Below are positions 16,856-25,055 of a DNA stretch of 32,000 nucleotides, in pieces. Position 1 is the first letter of the stretch, and each line of letters begins with the position of its first letter. The position numbers and the translations under genes are program-made. Source of the stretch: an uncultured Eubacteriales bacterium (GTDB lineage: Bacteria > Bacillota > Clostridia > TANB77 > SIG350); assembly GCA_964520895.1 (NCBI GenBank), contig CAZFOR010000003.1, positions 21,823 to 53,822 on the forward strand, read 5' to 3'. The notes beneath the pieces were generated by a model. It made no database searches, had not been told where the DNA came from, and saw nothing but the letters and a program-made list of their open reading frames with translations.

Positions 16856-17005
16856 ATTAAAGAAAAATTAAACTTAAAAATATGGTTTAATTTTTTTCTA
16901 TTATTCTATGTTCTATTAGCATAATTAAGTTCTGAAAAATCACAAAAACAAGATAATTAAGTTGATAAAGTAATGTATTATTATGGTAATAAAGGAGATG
17001 CTTTT

Positions 17006-18305
17006 ATGGAAAGAAAAATAATGAAAGATTTAATAAAATGGAAACAAAATAAAAGTGAGAGATTACCATTAATAGTATATGGTGCAAGGCAAGTTGGAAA
17101 AACATATATATTAAAAGAATTTGCCCAAAGACATTATACTGATTATGTGTATATTAATTTTGAGCAAATGGATTATGCTAAAACAATATTTGATAAAGAA
17201 TTAATACCAGATAAAATAATTGTTATGTTAGAAAGATATTTAAAGAAAAAAATTATACCTGAGCAAACATTAATTATATTTGATGAAATACAAATTTGTG
17301 AAAGAGCATTAACATCTTTAAAGTATTTTGCAGAACAAGCAAGTGAATATCATATTATATGTGCTGGTAGTTTTTTAGGTGTTGCTATAAATAGAGAAAA
17401 ATTTTCATTTCCAGTTGGAAAAATTGAAATGATTAATTTATATCCTTTGGATTTTGAGGAGTTTTTATGGGAAATGGGAGAAAAAGATTTAGCAGATAAT
17501 ATTAAATTAAGTGTACAAAAAAGGAAACCATTGTCTATTTTTGAACATGAAGATGCATTAGAATTATATAGGACATATCTAATAACAGGTGGAATGCCTG
17601 CAATAGTTCAAGATTATTCAATAAATAAAAATTTTGATAATACAAGACAAAAACAAAATGATATTATAAATTCATATATTACAGATATGGCAAAATATGC
17701 AACAGCTAGTGAAACTACTAAAATTAGAACAGCTTATGACTCATTACCATTACAAATAGCAAAAGAAAATAAAAAGTTTCAATATAAACTTATAAAAAAA
17801 GGTGCAAGTAGTTCAAATTTTGGGGAAGCTATAGATTGGTTAGAATTAGCAAAAGTGGTATTAAAATGTAAAAAAATTGAGCAAATAAAAAAACCATTGG
17901 AAGGTTATATGGATTTAAGTAGTTTTAAATTGTATATGGGTGATATAGGGTTACTTACATATAAATCAAAAATTTCACCAGAAGACATATTATTAGAGTC
18001 AAAAGAAATTAATGAATTTAGAGGACGGTTTAACTGAAAGCTATGTAGCACAAGCTTTAATTACTAATAGATATGATTTGTATTATTGGGTATCAGAAGG
18101 AAAAGCAGAAATTAATTTTATAATAATGAAGGATAATGAGATAATACCTGTTGAAGTAAAAGCTAATGACCATGTAAGAGCTAGAAGCTTATCAGTATAT
18201 GTACAAAGATTTAAACCTAAGTATAGTATAAGGATTTCTAGTAAAAACATAGGGTTTGATAATAATATATTATCAATACCTTTGTATGCTGTATTTTGTA
18301 TATAA
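17006..18305 (+). pseudogene. AAA+/DUF4143-type ATPase, paralogue of 521-1813, frameshifted
   Basis: MERKIMKDLIKWKQ...GARQVGKTY...IIFDEIQ runs parallel to the intact copy. The frame breaks at about 18026 (…NEFRG | GLTESYVAQAL…). The two track ORFs 16973-18037 and 18012-18305 together make one protein. Confidence 0.8.
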
Positions 18306-18372
18306 TATTTTGAAATATATAAAATATGTGATATAATGAAATGGAAATAAATTAGAGTGAGTAGGAATTAAT

Positions 18373-19452
18373 ATGTATATACAAAAAGTAAAATTAAAAA
18401 ATTTTAGAAATTATATAAATGAAGAAATAGATTTGGATGAAAATTTAAATATATTTATTGGCAATAATGCACAAGGAAAGACTAATATAATTGAGAGTAT
18501 ATATTTATCTGCAATTGGTAAGTCTTTTAGAACGAATTATGATGAAGAAATGATAAATTTTCAAAATGATAATTTTAGTATAGATATTGAGTATATTAAA
18601 AATGATAGACAAAATAGTGTTAATATTTTTTTAGAAAAAGATAAACGTAAATTAGTTAAAATTAATGGTATTAAAATTGATAAATTAAGTCAAATATTAG
18701 GAAATGTTAATGTTATACTTTTTTCGCCAGATGAATTAAAAGTGATAAAACAATCACCTAGTGTTCGAAGAAAGTTTTTTGATATATCTATTAGCCAAAT
18801 AAAGCCTATGTATTTGCATTATTTACTTGAATACAATAAAATATTAGTACAAAGAAATAATTTGCTAAAACAGCTAAGAACTAATCAATCCTTAATACAA
18901 ACTATTGACATATGGAATGAAAAACTTGTTGAAACAGGAATGAAAGTTATGGAAATGAGACATAAGTATATAGATAATATCTCAAAAATCTTGCCTGATA
19001 GACATAAAACGATTTCTGATAATAAAGAAAAACTAGAATTAAAATATATTCCTAATTGTGAAACAAAAGAAGTTTTTTATGATAAATTGTCAAAATACTT
19101 GAAATATGATATCGAAAGAGGTTATACTAGTAATGGAATACATAAAGATGACTATATGTTTTATATAAATGATATTGAACTTAGCAAGTTTGGGTCGCAA
19201 GGACAACAAAGAAGTGGAATACTTTCATATAAATTAGCTGAGATAGATAATATGTATGAAGAGTTTGGTGAATATCCAATATTATTATTAGATGATGTTA
19301 CATCTGAATTAGATAATGATAGAATAAATAAGTTACTTGAAAATCTTAAAAGATATCAAACAATAATAACATGTACAGATATAGATAATTTTAAAATATT
19401 AGATAAATATAAGGTGTTTAATGTAAAAGAAGGAATAGTAAAAGAGGTGTAA
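18373..19452 (+). CDS. recF: DNA replication and repair protein RecF
   Basis: MYIQKVKLKNFRNY...GNNAQGKTNIIESIY (Walker A), the signature region SQGQQRS and Walker B ILLLDDV. 359 aa. Confidence 0.9.
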   Translation: MYIQKVKLKNFRNYINEEIDLDENLNIFIGNNAQGKTNIIESIYLSAIGKSFRTNYDEEMINFQNDNFSIDIEYIKNDRQNSVNIFLEKDKRKLVKINGIKIDKLSQILGNVNVILFSPDELKVIKQSPSVRRKFFDISISQIKPMYLHYLLEYNKILVQRNNLLKQLRTNQSLIQTIDIWNEKLVETGMKVMEMRHKYIDNISKILPDRHKTISDNKEKLELKYIPNCETKEVFYDKLSKYLKYDIERGYTSNGIHKDDYMFYINDIELSKFGSQGQQRSGILSYKLAEIDNMYEEFGEYPILLLDDVTSELDNDRINKLLENLKRYQTIITCTDIDNFKILDKYKVFNVKEGIVKEV

Positions 19453-19455
19453 GTT

Positions 19456-20509
19456 ATGAGAAAAAATCAAATATCAACAGATAATGGATATAAGATATTA
19501 GTAGTTGATGATGAACAAGGTATAATTGATTCTATGTCAATATTTCTACGAAGAAGCGGATATGAGGTTAGAGGTATAACTAATCCATTAGAGGCTATTG
19601 AAACGATGAGAGTAGAACAATTTGATTTGTTATTACTTGACTATATTATGACACCAATACATGGAGATAAAGTAATTGATGAAGTAAGAAAGTTTAATAA
19701 AGATTTATACATATTATTGTTAACAGGACATAAGGATTTAGCTCCACCACTTGAAACAATAAAGAAATATGATATTCAACGGATATTGTGAAAAAAGTGA
19801 TAATCCTAATCAAGTGTTGCTTTTAATTGAATCAGCTTTAAAGTCTGTTGAGCAAGTAAAGACTATTAAAAGAATTAATGAAGAACTACATGAATCAAAT
19901 ACTAAACTTGAACAAGCATATATGGGAACAGTTGAAGCACTTAGAGTTGCTGTTGATGCAAAAGATACATATACAAAAGGTCATTCTGATAGAGTAGCAT
20001 ATTATTCAAAGTTGTTAGCAAAAGAAGCTGGACTTGAAGAAAAAGACCAAGAAAGAATTTATTTAGGAGGACTATTCCATGATATAGGTAAAATAGGCGT
20101 TCCTGATAATATATTACAAAAACCAGGAAAATTGTCTGATGATGAATATAGTGAGATAAAAAATCATCCATTAATTGGTACACAAATTATAAATGCGGCA
20201 TCAATATTTCAAGATATTATCCCTATTGTAAAACATCATCATGAAAGATATGATGGAAGAGGGTATCCTTCAAAATTAACTGGAAAAGATATTCCGTTAT
20301 ATGCTAGAATAACAGCAATAGCAGATTCTTTTGACGCAATGACATCTGACAGACAATATAGGCCAAGAATGAATTTACAAGAGGCATTAGATGATATTTT
20401 AAAAAACTGTGATATTCAATTTGATGGAGAACTTGCAAAATTATTTGTTACACTAATTAATAGGGATAAAGATATAATTCAAAAAGAAATGGATCATGTT
20501 TTTTATTAA
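19456..20509 (+). pseudogene. Response regulator receiver + HD-GYP phosphodiesterase, interrupted by a frameshift
   Basis: The REC domain (ILVVDDE...LLLLDY...LLTGH) ends at a TGA at 19789-19791. The +1 frame continues GYCEKSDNPNQ...GHSDRVA...HHERYDGRGYP. Removing one nt near 19780 restores ...KKYDIQGYCEKSD... Confidence 0.8.
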
Positions 20510-20528
20510 ATAATATATAAAGTATAAA

Positions 20529-20566
20529 AAAATAGCATATATCTAAAAATGCTATTTCTTTTTTAT
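20529..20566 (+). terminator. Terminator after the HD-GYP gene
   Basis: AAATAGCAT / ATGCTATTT stem followed by a T-run. Confidence 0.6.
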
Positions 20567-20577
20567 TTTGAAAAGAC

Positions 20578-20606
20578 TTGAAAATTAAGCTAAAAAATTG
20601 TATACT
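20578..20606 (+). promoter_or_regulatory. Sigma-A promoter for tRNA-Arg
   Basis: TTGAAA-17 nt-TATACT, ending 12 nt before the tRNA 5' end. Confidence 0.55.
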
Positions 20607-20618
20607 ATATAAGCAAAT

Positions 20619-20695
20619 GTACCCATAGCTTAATTGGATAGAGCATCTGACTACGGATCAGAAGGTTGGAGGTTCAAATCCTCTTGGGTACGCCA
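20619..20695 (+). tRNA. tRNA-Arg (anticodon ACG)
   Basis: GTACCCATAGCTTAATTGGATAGAGCATCTGACTACGGATCAGAAGGTTGGAGGTTCAAATCCTCTTGGGTACGCCA. The anticodon arm is TCTGA-CTACGGA-TCAGA, and CCA is encoded. Confidence 0.9.
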
Positions 20696-20707
20696 AAAGA
20701 AGTGAGA

Positions 20708-21585
20708 CTATTTCACTTCTTTATTTTTGTGTAATTTAAATTGTTCATCAATTATTTCTAAGTTTTTAATACTATTATTGTTTTTTAATAATTCTAGTTG
20801 TTTTTGAGCTATATTATTTAATTTTATTATTCTTTCTTTTTGGGATATTCCAGTTGATATCATATCTGCATTTAAATTTTCTAAGTTGGTTAAAACAATT
20901 AAATGTAATATGTCCGTATAATCTCTAATATTACCTTCTAAATTGGGATTTTTATCTCGCCATTCTTTTGCGGTTATACCAAATAAAGCAACATTTAAAA
21001 CATCTGCCTCATTTGAATATACATATTGTTTTTGTTGATCACTTATAGTTGGTACAATAAATTCTTTTATACTATCTGTATGAATAATATAATTGGTTTT
21101 TGATAATTCCCTTTTTACAGACCATTCAATTTTATTTTTATATGATTCATTAATTTTTAATCTTTCGAATTCTGTTATTAAATATAATTTAAACTCCGAA
21201 CTTAACCAACTAGCAAATTCAAAAGCAATATCTGGATGAGCAAATGTTCCAATGCTGTACTTTCCCCCTTTACTAATAATTCCTATGCTATTTGTTCTTT
21301 TTATCCATTGGGTTGGTGACATTGAAAAAGAATTTTTACCATATTCAGTTTTAATTTGGTCGAATTCGACCAAATTAAAACTATTATTATGTAATTGTTC
21401 CCAAAGTCCTATATAATCAATAGTATCTATTCTTCGTAGCCAGTTTTTGACTGTAAAAGAGGGATCACTTGAATTTTGATATTTTGCTAAATCTGTTAGT
21501 GAAATAAAATCGATATTGTTTAGTCTAGAAATTCTTTTGATGTATCTTTAACTAATATTTCAGTGCTTATAATTTTTCTTTCCAT
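20708..21585 (-). pseudogene. KilA-N domain protein (phage/mobile-element DNA-binding family), frameshifted near the 5' end
   Basis: ATG at 21585 (RBS AAAGGA) gives MERKIISTEILVKDTSKEFLD then a stop at 21520-21522. The adjacent frame continues ...LNNIDFISLTDLAKYQNSSDP...WLRRIDTIDYIGLWEQLHN...FAHPDIAFEFASWLSSEFKLYL, the classic KilA-N pattern. The track ORF 20708-21373 is only the tail. Confidence 0.7.
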
Positions 21586-21748
21586 AAATTCACATCCTTT
21601 TAACAAACTTTACCATATTATATAATATGTGATTCAAAAAGGCAAACGTTCGTTCTAAATCTTATGATTTTATTATTTTTTATTTTTATTTACAGTTGAT
21701 TTTTAAACAAAAATGAGTTAATATAAATATGTAAAGGGGAAATGTATT

Positions 21749-22156
21749 ATGGATAATAAGATTCTTATGATAGTAGCATTAATTGTTACATATATAATAA
21801 TGAAATTTGCAGCAAGATTTTATAGAAAAGTATCAGATGGTAACTCGATTAAACAGGAAGAGTCATTTGAATGGCAAGCAATATTATTTTTGATTTTAGG
21901 AATATTATATATATTAACAATATATATAGGTAATATGTTTGATTCAAATTTAAGGTTAATAATATTATATAGTGAGATTGTAGTTTTAGCAATAAATGTT
22001 GTTAGCTTTATTAGAATGTTTTTAGGACAAATATACAATTATTTTAAATATCAAAAAGGTGGAGATATTTGGCTTATTATATCTGTTCATTTTTTGAAAA
22101 ATTTAGTATTATCATATTATTTATATAACTATTATATTACATACATAGCACAATAA
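21749..22156 (+). CDS. Small integral membrane protein (135 aa, about 4 TM)
   Basis: RBS AAGGGGA. There are four hydrophobic segments and no recognisable motif. Confidence 0.55.
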   Translation: MDNKILMIVALIVTYIIMKFAARFYRKVSDGNSIKQEESFEWQAILFLILGILYILTIYIGNMFDSNLRLIILYSEIVVLAINVVSFIRMFLGQIYNYFKYQKGGDIWLIISVHFLKNLVLSYYLYNYYITYIAQ

Positions 22157-22267
22157 ATAAATTTGAAACAATTTCAAAAAATAACCAAAAAAGTAAAAAT
22201 CATATAGTATATGATTTTTTTTTGAGCTCAAAATATTAATGTAAAACTAAAAGAAAGGAGAAAAACA

Positions 22268-24223
22268 ATGAAAAAAGTTTTAATAATAATAATGGTATTT
22301 TGTCTAGCTCTTTCAACTTTTGCATTTGCAACACAAGAAGTAGAAGAAGAAATAGATGATCGTGCCAATATAAACATTTCAGAAAATCAGACATATACTT
22401 TTGCTGCAACAGATTTTTCAACAAGATTTAATGCATTAGATGTAGGAGCTCTAACAGATGTAATAATTACTTCACTTCCAACAGAAGAACAAGGAGTACT
22501 TTCAATATCAAATACACCAATTGAAGAAGAAGCTCTTCCAAAGACTATAGCAATAGCAAGTATTACAACATTAAAATTTGAACCTGCTGCTGACTTTACA
22601 GGAACAGCAAGTTTTAATTGGAAAGGTAAAGCAACAGATTTAACAGTACAAGAAGTATTTACTACAAATTTAATAGTTTCATCACCTACTAATATAGTTA
22701 ATATTAATATGAAACAAAATGAAGTTTATCAATATAAAGCTAATGATTTCACAGAGAAATTTGCTTTGTTAGATGTAGGAGATTTGACAAGAGTAGTAAT
22801 TACTGAATTACCATCTAATGGAACTCTTAAAGTTAATGATACTGCAATAACAACAGTACCAACAGGTATTGATATATCAAATATAGGAACATTAACATTT
22901 ATTCCAGATGAGGATTATGTAGGAACATCAACATTTACGTGGAGGGGTAGAGTAAATAATGTATCAGATGAAACAGTATTTACTACTAATATGATAGTAA
23001 GTAGAGCAGTACCTGAAAATACAGTAAATATTTATGTGAACAAAAATGAAACTTACAGATTTAAGAAAACTGATTTTTCAACAGAATTTGGATTACTAAA
23101 TGCAGGAACATTATCATCAGTGGTAATAGAAACTATGCCAGAGACAACAAAAGGTGTTATTAGATTTAATACAGCAACAATAGAGTTATTACCATATACA
23201 GTTAGTTTATCACAAATAGGATTGTTAACATTTACACCACCTACTGACTTTATAGGAACAGCAACATTTACTTGGACAGGTAAAGTAGATAGTGATGCCA
23301 ATGAAACAGTATTTACAACTAATATAATTGTACAAGAGCCAACTACTGTGACTGCATTAAATGATAGTTTTGAAGTTGATAAAAATACAACATTAAATGG
23401 AACATTAAAAGTAAGTCAAGATGTAGATGTAGTATTTGCAATTGTAACTGATCCAACACATGGAACAATTAGTAATTTAAATGTAGAAACAGGTGAATTT
23501 GCATATATACCGAATGCAGATTATACAGGAGCAGATCAGTTTACTTTTAAAGCATCATATGAAAATGCTGATGGTGATACAGTAGAATCAAATGTAGCTA
23601 CAATTAGTATTAATGTACAAGAAGCTGGAAATGTAATACCATTCCATTATGTGGATATGCAAAAACATTGGGCTAATTATTCAGCATCACATTTAGCAGC
23701 AATGGATATATTTGTTGGTGAAAAGATATCTAATGAGTATTTCTTCAGACCAGAAACTCCAATAACAAGAGCTGATTTTGTAATGTATATGTTAAGTGTA
23801 TTAGATATACCTGCAAGAGATAAAACAGTTTCTTTCACATTTGCAGATGATGCAACAATTGAAGATTGGCTAAAACCATATATTTATACAGCATATCAAG
23901 AAAGCATAATAAATGGTTCATTAGAAAATGGTAAAATATATTTCAATCCAAATAGTCCTATAACAAGAGTAGAAGCAGCTAAGATAATTAATGACTCAAT
24001 GAAATTTAAAGTACAAAATACAGCTACTTTGAAATTTACTGATGTAAATAGTATACCGAGTTGGGCAACAACATCTGTAAAAAATATGGTGGGATATGAA
24101 ATTATTAAAGGTTATGATGACAACACATTTAGACCAATGAATAATATAAACAAAGGTGAATTAGCAGAAATGTTATACAAAGCATTAAGAGAAAAACAAA
24201 TAGAAATTAACACTGCTGAATAA
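22268..24223 (+). CDS. Cell-wall-anchored surface protein: signal peptide, three about 115-aa tandem modules, an Ig/cadherin-like domain and three SLH domains
   Basis: RBS AAGGAGA and signal peptide MKKVLIIIMVFCLALSTFAFA. The repeat motif is N.xxN(Q/E)xYx(F/Y)xxxDF(S/T)xxFxxL(D/N)(V/A)GxL(T/S)xV(I/V)I(T/E)…, seen three times. The C-terminal SLH-like segments are FHYVDMQKHWANY..., FADDATIEDWLKPY... and FTDVNSIPSWATTS.... Confidence 0.9.
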   Translation: MKKVLIIIMVFCLALSTFAFATQEVEEEIDDRANINISENQTYTFAATDFSTRFNALDVGALTDVIITSLPTEEQGVLSISNTPIEEEALPKTIAIASITTLKFEPAADFTGTASFNWKGKATDLTVQEVFTTNLIVSSPTNIVNINMKQNEVYQYKANDFTEKFALLDVGDLTRVVITELPSNGTLKVNDTAITTVPTGIDISNIGTLTFIPDEDYVGTSTFTWRGRVNNVSDETVFTTNMIVSRAVPENTVNIYVNKNETYRFKKTDFSTEFGLLNAGTLSSVVIETMPETTKGVIRFNTATIELLPYTVSLSQIGLLTFTPPTDFIGTATFTWTGKVDSDANETVFTTNIIVQEPTTVTALNDSFEVDKNTTLNGTLKVSQDVDVVFAIVTDPTHGTISNLNVETGEFAYIPNADYTGADQFTFKASYENADGDTVESNVATISINVQEAGNVIPFHYVDMQKHWANYSASHLAAMDIFVGEKISNEYFFRPETPITRADFVMYMLSVLDIPARDKTVSFTFADDATIEDWLKPYIYTAYQESIINGSLENGKIYFNPNSPITRVEAAKIINDSMKFKVQNTATLKFTDVNSIPSWATTSVKNMVGYEIIKGYDDNTFRPMNNINKGELAEMLYKALREKQIEINTAE

Positions 24224-24310
24224 CAAATAATTAATTTAATATATATTAAAAAAGGTATATTGATAAGTATTTATTAATATACCTTACATATATTTTAAAA
24301 ACAGATTTAA

Positions 24311-24347
24311 TAAAAAATGCTAATCTATATTTACAATATAGATTAGC
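24311..24347 (-). terminator. Terminator for the minus-strand lon-like/membrane-protein transcript
   Basis: Perfect 12-bp stem GCTAATCTATAT / ATATAGATTAGC with a 5-nt loop. On the minus strand it is followed by ATTTTTTATT. Confidence 0.7.
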
Positions 24348-24377
24348 TAAAAGAAAAAGTAAAATGAAAGCATTTTT

Positions 24378-24974
24378 TTAATTATGTTGTTTTACTAATG
24401 TCATTGATTTAACATTTAATATATCTTTTACATTAACAGATGCAAGGTATGCAGCTGCCATTGATAATGAACCGAATGCTATACCACTAATACCATATTT
24501 CAAATCAAATGGTAGTCCGGCAATTACTTGCTCTATAACATTTGAATATCCTAAGAAATTTCCAGTATAGAATGTAAATACATCCATTAATACGCCAAAC
24601 ACAAACATTACAACAAAATTATAACCAAATACTACTAATTTGTTTGTATTAACAAGTTTGTTTCTTATTAAATAAGTACCAATACTAATTAATCCATATA
24701 TTAAGTATTGACCAATTGACCATGAACCAAATCCTTGTAAAAGGTTTACAAATGTAACTATAATAAGTGTATAAACAAATGAATATGGTTTGTTATGCCT
24801 TAATGCTAATAATACTGGCATTGCAAATAATGGATAAAAAGAACCATCACCTGCTAAAAATTTACATGCTATTGTTATACCTATTAATATACCAAGTTCT
24901 AAAATATCATTTTTTACAAACTTGAATATAACAAATAAAGCAACTGCATATAAAATTATTGATAAAATATACAT
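24378..24974 (-). CDS. Six-TM membrane protein, ECF-transporter S-component-like
   Basis: 198 aa with 6 hydrophobic helices. The C-terminal GLPFDLKYGISG resembles the conserved last-helix motif of ECF S components. The assignment is tentative. Confidence 0.5.
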   Translation of the reverse strand: MYILSIILYAVALFVIFKFVKNDILELGILIGITIACKFLAGDGSFYPLFAMPVLLALRHNKPYSFVYTLIIVTFVNLLQGFGSWSIGQYLIYGLISIGTYLIRNKLVNTNKLVVFGYNFVVMFVFGVLMDVFTFYTGNFLGYSNVIEQVIAGLPFDLKYGISGIAFGSLSMAAAYLASVNVKDILNVKSMTLVKQHN

Positions 24975-25055
24975 ATTGTTTCACTCCTTCCTAAAATGTA
25001 TTATTATTATTATATTATATAATATGAGCTTTTTCAACAATTAATATAATTTATT

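Noticed and set aside
16973-17005. Track start MYYYGNKGDAF for the second ATPase, and the track start at 15794 for the 353-aa protein.
   Set aside because: The paralogue begins MERE..., and an AAAGGAG RBS precedes the ATG at 17006. For the other gene, AGGAG sits 8 nt before the ATG at 15803. The upstream extensions lack RBSs.
18373-19452. recF lacks its usual dnaA-dnaN / gyrB neighbours.
   Set aside because: recF gene order varies among Firmicutes, and the flanks here are pseudogenes. This does not point to a specific system, so I note it as context only.
20708-24223. An intact prophage or island downstream of tRNA-Arg.
   Set aside because: Only a single frameshifted KilA-N gene is phage-like. 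I found no integrase, no structural genes and no repeat of the tRNA 3' end by eye.
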